Source of the DNA: Psilocybe cubensis
Taxonomy: Eukaryota
Assembly: GCA_017499595.2 (NCBI GenBank)
Contig: CM038998.1
Location: forward strand, 2,914,001-2,978,000
Length of the DNA: 64,000 bases
Direction: 5' to 3'
In this document: positions 47,428 to 60,472 of the stretch, one piece after another
Numbering within the stretch: position 1 is the stretch's first letter
Layout: the number at the start of each line of letters is the position of its first letter
Made by a program: the position numbers and the translations under genes
Notes under the pieces: model-generated
The model's input: the letters and a program-made list of their open reading frames with translations, nothing else
The model's database searches: none
What the model was told of the DNA's origin: nothing

Positions 47428-48362
47428 TCTATATAGAAAGAGAGGAAGGTCCCTTGCTTACCTAAATTATACATAAGCAAGTCTCTCCTGTCCCCGGGAC
47501 CGAGCAAGTCCGCCAACCAAACAAATACGCGCACGCCGCGCGTGGTCAGATGAGGCGCGCGCGGCGTGAATGAGGGGAACGGGTTCATTTTTTTTAATGC
47601 GTTAGTACTTTTCTTTGAACCAAGCAAATACGCGCACGCCGTGCAGAGTCAGATGTGGGAGGTGCAGTATTTTTGTTTGAACCAAACAAATACGCACGCC
47701 GCGCATGGTCAGATGCGGGAGGTAAGCGCGGCGTGAATGATCACAACTTGAGGTAAACGGGTTCGTTTGTTTTAGATACAATGTATTTGCAATGCATATC
47801 CGTGTACAAAATGGAAGTGTGAGCATTTTTTTGGGTGTTCTAAGGGCATCTCTGTGTTCCTGAAAGATTCAGCCTGACGGGTTCCCAGATGCTACAGCAC
47901 AGAGATGAACGGGTTCAAGAGAATAAATCTTTGGCAAAAATTTTGAGGTGTGCCTTTTCAAGTTGATATGATTTGCTATCAAGGACATTTGTGTACAAAA
48001 TAAAATATTGACAATTGAATATAAGTCTGTAAAAGCCTCAGAATACCTCCTGAAATGTTCAACTTGATGGGTTATCCAATGTGCTACACATGGTTTCCGA
48101 CTATTCCAATGGGTACTGGGTTTATAAATTTGGTGAAAATATCTATAAAATCCACGAGTCATATCTGACGGGTTGTGTATGGTACTACAGGGAAAGAATA
48201 CAAAGGGATAAAAAGATTAAATTGAAATAATGTATCAATGAGGAGGCGCGAAGCGCCGACGGGGTCGAGGGGCGCAGCCCCCGCGAGCTGTTGGCCCGTC
48301 AGCGAAGCAAGTGGGTGAGCGAAGCGAACCCCACGGCGCATAGCGACGGGTCATAAAGCTCG
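47428..48362 (+). mobile_element. Putative non-autonomous Helitron-like element (~935 bp)
   Basis: Begins TCTATATAGAAAG and ends with a GC-rich hairpin about 8 nt before CTCG|T (a CTRR-like variant). It has internal hairpin-forming repeats, no TSD and no coding capacity. Confidence 0.55.
47515..47740. repeat. Three imperfect ~38-nt direct repeats AACCAAACAAATACGCGCACGCCGCGC..GTCAGATG
   Basis: Copies start at 47515, 47618 and 47680. Copies 1 and 3 are followed by GCGCGGCGTG, the reverse complement of CACGCCGCGC. Confidence 0.9.
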
Positions 48363-48627
48363 TTTGACAGAAACGCAAGCGTTGTTGTAAATCATTCATT
48401 GATTACGTAACATGACGTTATTGCTCCTCAGTCTCTGCCATTCGTGCATCAAACTGAATGCCTTAAACAAACATCAATCTATGCTGTAATTGACCTCTGC
48501 GAGCAGCGTTCAGTTCCCTAATCTTACAACAACGGCTACCCCTTATTACAGTCTGAAATCTACATCAAGAAATTGAATATCTCATCTTACGCCTTAGCAC
48601 GGTCTCAGGCATCGACCACAGCGAAGA

Positions 48628-51600
48628 ATGTGGTGGCTAGATCCTGGCAAGGAGCTCCTCAATGTCGTGCGTATGGTTTGCCAACCTAATGGAATATGAT
48701 CATCTCAAGTATCCTTAATCCAGTTATTTAATCGTATTCTTGCTCCTTATGTCATGAATCTCGACTTGAATCAAGTAAACTATGGCATTGGACAAGGTGA
48801 CTTTCACTGAAGATGGGATGCGAACTCGTTATGTTAATTGTAAAATTAGGGCAACTTACCCTCAGGAATCTGAAATTAAAGAAGGGTGCGCTAGATAAAT
48901 TTCAACTTCCTGTTGATGTATTAGAAGGTAAGTATCTCCGGTGGATGCATGCATGCCCTTCAACGATATGACATTAATCCAGGTCATCTCGGCAAATTCA
49001 CCCTTTCGCTACATTGGATGAACTTGGGCAATCAACCCGTTGAAATTCTCGTGGAAGATGTTTATCTTCTTGTAGTTCCCTCTCCTCAAACGAGTACGGA
49101 TCCCGAAGAAGACGAGGCGCGAGCACAGGCTGCGAAATCAGAGCGTCTTGAAAATGCCGAACTACTACATGTTCAAAGTCAGGCAGCTGGGCAGTCAGGT
49201 AAGCAGTCTATTAAGCTTCAGGAAGGGAGGACGATACTTACGTTTGATTGTCTATGTCTGCTCAAAGATGATTCCACTCAATCACAAGGCCTCGTGCAAT
49301 CCATCATAGCGAAGGTTATAAACAATGTTCAGGTTACCGTGAAAAATATTCATATACGATACGAGGACAACATGAGTGTTCCCGGGGTAAGCTTCTCCAT
49401 AACTGTATTCATGCAGCCATCTACCTAACAAATATCACAACCAGCACCCCTTTGCCGCTGGGCTTACATTGGCCGGGTTTACGGCTGTTTCCGTGAATAG
49501 CAATTGGGAAGCTGCATTCATTGAAAGTACTGCTGGAGCCATACATAAAGTAAGCATCGTGAATGACAAATGGTCGGCTTCCTAATTATTTTTTTCAGTT
49601 GGCAAAACTGCAATCATTGGCGCTCTACTTCGATACCGATTCGCCTAGCATGGCCGGCCTCCCGACTGTGGAGTCTATCAAAAAGTTTTCTTCGATGGTA
49701 TGCGAGCTCAATTAAATACCAGACTTAGCTGATAGAAGCGGTCAGATTTCGCATACAGATGATGATGGACAACATCAATACATTCTTAAACCGGTGTCGG
49801 GAGAGGGCAGGGTGAACCTAACAATAATGTCACAGACCTTTTTTCCCTAACATATCTCCTAGATTATCGTCAACCATAAAATTGATCCTCAAACACCTCG
49901 ATTCGACATTCAGCTTCTCTTTGAAGAAATTGGGGTTATCCTTGATGACAATCAATATCGAGACGCTATCTCTCTCGCTGACATGTATCACGTCTATCTG
50001 CGAAAACGTCAGGTACCTGGTCATTTCATTGCTTTATAAACCTATCACTTATGCTCAGCAGTATGGAAAATATCGCCCCGCAGAAACAGAATTTTCAAAA
50101 AACCCCGCCAAAGCCCGACTGCAGTATGCCGCAACCGCTATATTAGAGGGCGTCCGTGACAAGAAGAGGAAATGGACTTGGCAGTACTTTGCGGAACGCA
50201 GAGATGACCGTAATGCATATGTTGCCTTGTTTCAGAAAAAGCTTCTCAACCCAGCTTTGATTGGACCGGTGAGCTACGCGACTTGATTTCCCTATTATCC
50301 TTTCCATCTTTAACATATGATCATCAGGACCTTCAGAGTCTGCAAACCCTGGAAAAGAAGATGGCATATGAGGATATACGATTCTATCGATCTATTGCCC
50401 GTTCAAAGCTCAAGAAAGACGCAGCCTTGCGTAAAAGACTAGAGGCTGAGAAAAAGCAACAGCAGCCTCAGAAACAGGGATGGGGAGCATGGTTATGGGG
50501 CTCCTCATCAAATGATACCTCTCAGGAAGACCCTACTTTTGGCGGCCCCATGACGGAGGAACAACGTCAACAGCTATATGATGTACTGGACTACGACGAA
50601 AAGGCGGCACTGGTTGACTCACTCCAAGCATCCCGTGATTCCCTGAAGATGCGAGTGACAGCGAAACTCAATAAAGGATCCTTTGGCTTGAAGACGGATC
50701 CCCATGGCAAAAATACGGAAGTCATGTCTGTGGTATTCGACGTTTTCAGAGCAAACTTCATTCAAAGGCCCAATAATTTCGAATCATCCATATCATTAAA
50801 CTCGTTTAGAGTGTTTGACGGGACAACGGAGAGTTCTTTATATCCTCAAATTGTCCATGTTAAAACGGAACTTGTAGGAATGGATAATAAAGCCATTGCG
50901 GGCGAAGCCGACACATCAAATCCATTCTTTTTCGTCAAATTTGAGAATAATCCCCTCGACGAAAGAGCAGATAGTGCGCTGACGGTCCGCATGCGACACA
51001 TGGAAATAATATATCACAAAGGCTACGTGGAAGCTGTCTACAAGTTTTTCAAGCCGCCCTCCAGCCAATTGGAGTCTGTGGAAGCCCTTCTGGTAGGCTT
51101 TATCACTTGAGTTGACAAGCAATGCTAATTATTTTTTATCGCCATTAGAATGTAGCGAGTCAGACTTTGGAGGGTCTCCGCAGAGAAACTAGGGCGGGCC
51201 TTGAATATGCTCTGCAGACTCATAAAACCGTTGATATACAGATGGACCTGAATGCTCCTATAATCATTATTCCAGAAGAGTGCGTTGCGTTGAACTCAAA
51301 AATAACAAAACATGTCCCTAAGCGTTGTGCAGTGTTACGACGAACGCATGCAGGCACCTCATCATTGATGCCGGTCATATTTCAATCGAAAGTGACTTAG
51401 TCTCTAAAGAAGCTATCCACACCATTCATCAGAAACGTCACCAAAAATATACGGACGAAGATTACAAGAATCTGGAGTCACTAATGTATGATAAAATGTC
51501 GCTTCGGCTACAAGATGCTCAGGTTCGAAATAGCTTCGTCATGAAAGTGAACCAATGGTACTAATATTGGAGCTACAGTTTATCATAGGAGATAATCTTC

Positions 51601-54600
51601 ACTCTTGTCGAGCTGCACTCAGATCCGAGTCTCACGACACACTTCATCTCTTGGAGAGGATCACAGTGGATTTACAAATAGAGAAATCCATAGTACCTAC
51701 TGCATTGAATCTAGCTCAATTCAAAGTTGCTGGAACTTTGCCTTCACTGCAAGTCAACCTATCCGATGCAAAATACAAGTCTTTGATGAGGCTCGTTGAC
51801 GTGTGCATTCCTCATTTTGATGAAAACACAGACCCTTCTACACTTTCACCTCAAAGTCATTCACATACGTCGACATTCCCTCTTCCTCCCACATTGTTTG
51901 GGCAATCAGAAAATGAGTACAACGTTGATGATGACGATGACAATGACGAACAGCACCAGGAATCGGATTCTCGTACGGTGATGGAGGAACAATTTTTTGA
52001 AGCCGAAGATGGAACCTCAGAGGTGAGTTGATTGAACCATCATTTTGTTTGTATGCATAAATAATAAACAATCAGCATCCTGAATTGCGGCAACATATAT
52101 TCGAACTTCAATTCAAAGTCGACAAATTGAGGGCCGCGGTCTCGCGGTCGACTGCCGATGGCATTGACAAATCGCTCGGCAACCTGGACATGGAAGGATT
52201 TTCATTGTCATTTGCATTAACCAAATATGAAATGAATGTCGACATCAACCTCAGGTACTCTAATGTTCTTCATTATACCTCACATTTACTGATAGCTTGA
52301 TTATAAAAGCTCTGTTTCAATGGATGTTATACAACCGAGCGGTCAATACATGCAATTTATAACTACCCCTGAACTTGGACCTTCTATTGACAAGGATCTT
52401 CTCCGAATCTCATACCACCGAATACAAAAAGAATCGCCTGATTTCATGACCATAGCTGAAGGCATTGACCAAAGTGTTGATATCAAAATGTCTACTCTGG
52501 TTTTCCAGGCTGCACCGGAGCCTGTTCTTGACATTTATAATTTTATCATGTCAACCTTTGTCACGGATTCTCAACCAGTTGTGCAACCCAGTGCTGAATG
52601 GCAAGCAAGTGGTAGTAATGATGAAAAGGCTGTAGTTTTTGCAGAATCCGAAGGTAAAATCCGAGTTTTGATGAAATTTGAAGGAATTCGAGGTGTGTTC
52701 TAGTCCATTAGCAAAATGAATTATTGACTTATAGTTTGTAGTTACGTTGATCAACGAATCGATAACTCTGGCGACTCTGGCCCTTTCAATTGCAGATGTA
52801 GCCATACTTGTTCGTCCCAAAACACTTCGGGTATCCGGAAGACTAGGCAATTTGACCTTGACGAATGACAACAAAAAATATGCGATTTTAGGCGACTTTA
52901 ACCAACTAGTCTCCATTGATGGCAAAAATTTTGCAGATTTTAGATACCAGACTTTTGATCCAGAGGAAGATCATTATACTGGAGTTAAATCTTCTGTCCA
53001 TTTGGATGCCGCATCCATTAAGTTTCACTTTGTGGAACAACCCTTGCACGACTTATATCTATTCTTTTCCAAGCTGGCAAAATTGAAAGGGTTATATGAT
53101 GCTGCCACCCAAGTTGCTGTTCAACGAGCATCGGAAATTGAACGCATGCAATTTGAAGTTTCGATAAAATCGCCAATTGTAGTATTTCCTTCAAATTCGA
53201 CATCCTCCTCCGACACACTTGTTTTACGACTTGGCCAGATCAGCGCTCGGAATACGTCTGAGGCTCTTGTCAACCGCATCTTTGCCAGTTTGAACGGTAT
53301 CCAACTTGCATCCTATCTTGGCCAGGGAGATACCAACTCTTCCCTCAAAATCATTGATGATATTGATGTTTCGGCAGAAATTATTCAAACAAGTAATATA
53401 GACCGTAATCAAGATACCGCTTATCCAGATACCCAGGTAAACTTTTGCAATTTAGACTGGATATCTAACTAACTGATTTGTGATAGGTCGCTGTTAAAAT
53501 CTCTGATGTAAAGTTGCATCTGACCCAGACACAATACTGCCTACTAATGCAGTTGGCGACTGAAATACCTCGCGTCTTCATTGGTGCCCCTGAAGTAGAG
53601 TCGGAAACAGCAGAATCTATTCCCCCCTCCAAAATCAAGAAGCCTGAAGGAGCTTCAGCAGGCGTTGACCTTCAACCTGAATTACGATCCCAGTCTCAAC
53701 AAAACTGGACCACTGTCGATCTCGTCGTCTCCGTTAATACCGTCAAACTCCATCTCTATGACTCCCATGCACTGTCTGATGACCACCTCAAGGAACATGG
53801 CATTGCTCGATTTGCTTTGAACGACAACACACTTCGTTTTAAATTACTGTCTCACGGAGCTGGTGAAGCTCAAGTCGTTTTACGGTCTTTCACAATGAGC
53901 AACACAAGGCCCGGCAACAATAAATTCCGCGAAATCATACCAGCAGCGCAACACAACCGCAACCAATTCATGCTATTATATACTATGTCGGGAGGCCAGG
54001 ATTCATCGTCGTTGGCTGTATTGACTGTCGATTCTCCACAAGTTATTTTCGCAATCGACCCTGTGATATCATTGCTTGAGTTTTTTACGAGCACATTCAA
54101 TGGCAGTTCATCTCCATCGTCTCCCCCGGACCATGTTGAAAGCCAAAATGATATCCAAGTTGCACAAGAGGGGCAGGGTGGCCTAGAATTTCGGCTTGAT
54201 TTACACGACGTTTCTGTCAGCATCTTGGAAAATGATGCTGACCCAGAGTCTCGTGCAATCCGCCTGTACATCAACCAAATTTTGTTCTCGCAGCAGGTAA
54301 AAGCAAATTGCCACTTTGATGTCACATCTAACATTGTCTGCAGGGTATTATGGCGTTGTCTGTCAATCGTTTGGGAATGTCTCTCATGAGAATGGGCAGA
54401 AGTGCTGAAAGTGTGAGGTTCTTAGATGATGTGGACCTCACTTTTTCAGTAGATAGCAGATCGTCGTCGCAGCAGCAAATGATGAACATTGAACTCACCT
54501 CGAAACCTATAGTTTTCCGTGCTTCGTACAGAGACATAAATCTGATAACATCAATTGTCAACAAGGCTATAGAGAGATACGGCAACTCCCAAAAATCTTT

Positions 54601-57600
54601 CGCCAGCCAAAAGCAAGACACGATTGCAGATGGTGGTTCGTCTTCGCAAACAAATCGGATTGCAACTCCTTCCCGCAAGTCCGATGGCACTCGGCCTCAG
54701 CCCACAGGGAAAGCTCGAGTTTTAATGTCGAAAGAAGTGGTACGTTTCTCTACCCTAACTGAACAAACAAGCAAGATTCACTCATATTTGTCAATATTGT
54801 GCTAGTTAAAAGGATCTTTTGATGGGTTTAGGCTGGTCCTCATCGGTGACTTGCACGAGCATCCTATGCTTCATCTCAAAGTAAAACCTTTCATTATTGG
54901 CGCTCAGGATTGGTCTGGCCAGGTAATGTCACCTTTTCAATAAACACAGGGATTTGTTATTTATAATATCACTCATTCAGTTGCACGCGACAACTACAAT
55001 GACGACAACCATTACTTATTGGAATTTAACAAATTCGCACTGGGAACCTTGTTAGTTTTGCATCATATTACTAGACTTGCCACTTACCTCCGCCTGTTCA
55101 GTGATTGACCCATGGACTTTAACGATTACAGTAAGCATGCAATGACAACATCGAATAGAGTCTGAATTGTTCCTAGGCTGCAAAAGATAGCCCTGTTGGT
55201 GGGATTGACCTGAATCTCTCTGCTCGGGAGCGTCTTGATCTCAACATCAGTACCACATTTGTTGAACTTGCCTTGACAACATTCAATTCGTGGAGCCAAG
55301 AAGGTGAATCTCTCCTGCAGAAACCTCGTGGCACATATGCGCCATATCGCATCCGCAATCAAACCGGTGCACCCATTTTCATATGGTCAGATACAGACAG
55401 CACTACAAACACCAAAGACGTCGACGTCGTAAAAATTCTTCATGATCAATCAATAGATTGGAGGTTCGATGATTGGAAAACTATGCGTGAGGTAAGTATC
55501 TTATATTGCTTGCAGGTATGGCCTAACACCCTGTCCCAAGCATGTCTCGTCTGGACAGCATAATATAGGAATACAGTTTGTAGAAAAATCATGGGAGCAA
55601 TTGCGAGGCATTCCCGTGGATCGTGAAGGAGAGTTTGTATTTTCTCTTCGGCCTCGAACTGAGAAATATCCTAGTCGCCTCCTATGTGAAGTAAAGGTTG
55701 TAGAGAACACTAAGATCGTGACCATTCGTTCAACCTACAAAGTGGAGAATCTAACACTATATCCTATCGAGTTGATGTTGGTGGACGATTCTGGACACCC
55801 TGTGTACTCCTTGGAAAGAATTGTTCCAGGGACGGAGTTCTCACTTCCCATAGACGCTGTCACCAAAAATAGGGTCAGGCTCCAACCAGATCGTAAGCTG
55901 TTTTACAATGTTTTAGTTTCTATGCTCATTCTATCACAGAAGGACTAGGTTATAAATGGAGCGCCCCAATACGTTGGGAAGACCTAATATCGAGGAAAAG
56001 CTTTACTATAAAATGTCCTCATGGGGACCCTCGAGAAGCTGCCTTCAGGTTGCAAGCATGGGTGCATACCGATTCCACGGAAAGTTCTCCGTTGTAAGTG
56101 TTTCAAACACTCTTATTTAATTGCTTGCCAAAGGTTTTTTCTATGAACAGAAAATATCCCAAAATTAATCTGAAGCTTCGTGCCCCTCTGGAACTGGAAA
56201 ATTTGCTGCCATATAATTTGGAATACCGTATATATGACAAGAATACCAATCAAAACTGGAAAAGCTATCTTCGGCAAGGAGGGATCATGCCAGTTCACTC
56301 TGTAGAATTAGGCCATTTCATTCTACTCAATGTCAATCTGGAGGAATCAGGCAAGTCGTCCTGTTTAACGCTGAAAATAAATGGCCACTCTTCTTACCTT
56401 ACCTTAGTTTTCAAGCCTAGTGAATTTACTATCATAAACACAGACGGACATTCCGATTTCGACATCGAGAATACACTGACGTTACGTGACCAGTATGACA
56501 GGAAATTAGATTTGAAATTGAACTATGTGTCAGTAATTTTGTCCATACACATGCTATAAGTTTACCAACTTATTTTTCATTTTAGTCGTCATCCAGACTC
56601 TGGGGGGGCATTCAAAGTCCAGATCTATACACCATATATAATCGTCAATAAATCAGGGCTTCCTTTCGCGGTTAAATCGACCAGGTCGAATCGCACAGGT
56701 TCTCAAGATGTTGCAGGAGATACACGGCCGGGTACAGTAGTCCAAAACCTATTTGATTATTATTGTATTCAATGGTTTGAGCAGATGTTCTTTCCAAACC
56801 CATCCCCTTTCGTAAGTCTGCTTTATTGTTTTCGTTTATGAAATCAATTCATCGTTAGCATCTAGTCCTTTCTCATACTAATAAACATGGTCACGAATTT
56901 ATGTTTAAAATATCTGATTCACTTTGGTCAAAGGTAACTTATATATCTCCTGTCGATTTTTCTGTGTTCTAATAAAGTACAAGCCTATATCTTTGGAAGC
57001 CCCTTCAGCAGAAACGGAACTAGTGGTTGCCTCACAAAGACAAAAGGCTGACGAATACCACATAGGATTGTCTTGGTCAGAGGGCCTTGGGAAATACAAA
57101 TTGTCGAAAGTCGTTACTCTAACGCCCCGCTTCTTGATAAAAAACCAGCTACCTGATTCCATTGCCTTCCGACAGCATGGTGCTTCTCCCAGAGACCGTT
57201 CTTTAGCTGAACCAGGTCAGAAGTGTGCATTCCAGGTCCTTCGTTCCGGCGACGAGAAACTTTTGACAATAGCCTATCCAGGCCTAAATGCTCGATGGTA
57301 TAATCAATTTTATTCGTTACGTCGGTGTAACTAAAGTTTCAAATATAGGTCCCCCCCTATCAATATCGAAGACATAGGATCCGTACACTTTCGATTACCT
57401 CGTTTGGGTGACGCTGGTGGCCACGATCTTGTCCGAGCGGATATTCGAATAGAGGGTTCCACTATCTTCATTTTTATTAGCCTTGCATCAGGCGGGCCCC
57501 CTTTTGTCATAGAAAACGACAGCGACTATGATATCAGTTTTTCTCAACAAGTCAGCAATTCCGTTGTTTTAGAGTTTCTCATAACACTGACAATGTTTAG

Positions 57601-60366
57601 GATGCGGGACGTGATCAGCAACTTCGTGAACCACTCAGATATATTGCAAATGCTCACAGTGCCATACCTTATGCTTGGGACTTTCCGGCTGCCAGAGACA
57701 AGAAAATCCTCCTTGCCATCGGGTCTGCGCGGCGTATGGTGGATATCTTGGAAATTGGGGACTTAATGCCCTTCAAATTCAATGTACGAGCAATCATACA
57801 ACTTTAATTATATGATAAATGACTTTCTAGATAGGACCAGCAAAGGGTAAGGGCGGTATCTCTGGATGTTCGCGCAGATGGGGAGAAGCAAATTCTGCGC
57901 ATAACCAATTACAATCCCGATCGCAGTCTTTACAGACCGCGCCAAAGAAACAACTCATTGTCAGTCTCTAGGCAGGATACTATATCTAGCTCGGCGGAGG
58001 CATTCGAGGCAATAACAGAAGAGGTGTCTTCCGATCTCACAGTTGTGATTGATTTGGCAGGTGTTGGAATTTCGCTGATCAACAAGCGGATGGTCGAAGT
58101 CGTCTACATGGTTATGGACACAATCAAGTTTGAATATGCCAACAGTTCAGTTGCCCAATCAGTTAATTTAGCATGTGGGACTCTTCAAATCGACAATCAA
58201 CTCCATGAAGCAATATTTCCTGTCATACTACAACCAACACCAATAGCGAAAGAGTCTGCTGGCATCGGTGCTCTGCCAACTGTTCAAGCCTCAGTCATAT
58301 GGCTGAAGGATCAAGGTATTTCGTTTATTGCTTATTATTACCACATAAATCTCATAAAACTAGCCCATGGTGTCCTGTTCATCAAATACTGTTCAATTCT
58401 TCTACAAGCACTAACGATCGAGGCTGACGAAGATCTCCTTTTTGCCATTTACGATCTCACCCAGATCAAGGGTGCCTCTTGGGAACAAGGGACTGTAGAG
58501 TAAGCCCTTTCATTCTTTAAATCAGACTTCGATTACTCAAGATTTTATACAGCGTCTTGCTACAAAACATCAACAGTATACCGGAGCCGAGCACACAAAC
58601 TGTGGGACAAGATTTATATTTCGAAATCCTTGAGCTTCAACCCATAAAATTATCCCTGTCTTTTATGCGGACAGAAAGGGTGAATAGCGAAGAAAAGTGA
58701 GTTAATCACAACTATTATCTTAAATGGTTGCACTCAAACTATTCTTTAGATTAAGCATCAGAAACCCTCTTGCTGTTGTCGTCAATGCCTTAACGATGAC
58801 GGTTGGCAACATCAATGATGCCCCTCTTGAATTGAATGCCCTTGCAATCAAAGATATGCGACTGACAATGCCAGAGTTGCAGAGCCGAATCATGTACCAT
58901 TATAGGCAAGATGTTTTGCGGCAACTATATCGGATATTGGGTTCTGCCGATTTTATTGGCAATCCCATTGGCCTCTTTACGAATGTCAGTTCCGGAGTTG
59001 CAGATATTTTCTATGAACCTTTCCAGGGAGTCATAGTTCACGGTAACAAAGAATTAGGTATCGGAATAGCAAAGGTGCGTTACCCTTGGTTTCTTTTGGA
59101 CATATACCTAAGCTCTTTCTTTCTTCACAGGGAGCTGCCAGCTTCGTCAAGAAGACAGTCTTTGGCGTCAGTGACAGTTTCACTAAGTTTACTAGCAGTG
59201 TTGGCAAAGGTATAGAATCTGTTGAACATTAATTTCATCTTGTTCTCAGCTGTTCTATAGGTTTATCAGCAGCGACATTTGATTCGGAATATCAAGCACG
59301 CAGGCGTATGACACAAAGGCGCAACAAACCTCGACACGCTATGTACGCTTCTAAAGTCTCAGGAAAAATTAATTGACTCACGCAAAAGATTATTAGCTAT
59401 GGCGTAGCGGCAGGCGGAGAAGCATTTGCCAGCAGTGTCACTAGTGCTATGGAAGGAGTTTTTGTAAGATTTGGTTATCTACTTGCCTCGATTTTCTCTG
59501 AGACCAACTGTTTTAAAAAGATGAAACCCTTGGAAGGTGCTGAGTCAGAAGGGGCATTGGGCTTCTTCAAAGGTGTTGGGAAGGGTTTAGTTGGGTGAGA
59601 TCTTATATCTGTCATCATGTGCAGTTGATAATTGACTGTCAGCAGTGCGGTCACCAAACCTGTAGTCGGTGTATTCGACCTTGCCTCCAATGTCTCAGAA
59701 GGTTTGCCTTTGATTAATATAAATTCGTGAGATTTCTCTCAATCTTTGGCAGGTATACGAAATACGACGACGGTCTTCGACAACCCTGAGAGAGATCGTA
59801 TGAGATTGGTGAATATATCTTTTGAATTCAAACCTTCCAGTCTCTAATGTGACATGTGTAGCCACGATTGGTTCCATCAGATGGTGTTCTTCGGGTTTGT
59901 GGTCTGACTTATTTTATGCAATGATTTCTGAAAAGAGCATAGCCTTATTCATCGCGAGAGGCTTTGGGCCAGTCGTGGATGAAGGACCTGAACGACGGAG
60001 CTTATAGACGCGAGTTCTATGTAGCACACATAAGTCAGTGTTTTTATCTTTTCTACAAAACGACATTCTCAGTTAATCATTTTTTTTTTTTTGGCAGATT
60101 CGCCAGGTGCGGATAATGTCATTCTTCTCACAGCTTCCAGAGTTCTTTCTTTCTGGTCGAAGAAACTTCGTCTCGAGTGGGAACTACCTTTCACGCAAAT
60201 TCAAGGTGTTACCGTTGAGGACACTGGGATTCGGTTTGCACACAAGGCCGGCAAGGAGCAAGATAAATTTGCATTCATTCCAGATAAAGCTTCGCAGTCA
60301 TGGTTTTTCAATCAGGTGGCCTCAGTAGTCAAATCATTCAACGCCCGTAGAAGGATGGATGGCTAG
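48628..60366 (+). CDS. VPS13: Vacuolar protein sorting-associated protein 13 (bridge-like lipid transfer protein), many exons
   Basis: Chorein-N region (FNRILAPYVMNLD...LRNLKLKKGALDKFQLPV..GHLGKFTLSLHW; INNVQVTVKNIHIRYED); NSHWEP; APYRIRNQTG; LTPRFLIKN; LQIDNQL; ILGSADFIGNPIGLF; GFFKGVGKGLVGAVTKPVVG. Confidence 0.98.
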
Positions 60367-60472
60367 GGGTCACTTATGTAGTTGTAATAATAGTATTTCC
60401 ATACAGAAAACATAGCATTGTACTAAATAAAAAAGACATATTCAATGATTAGAATGATGTATCGAACAGGTA

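Noticed and set aside
47515-47740. Spaced direct repeats superficially like a CRISPR array
   Set aside because: Eukaryotic context, only three degenerate copies, irregular and partly repeated spacers, and no cas genes.
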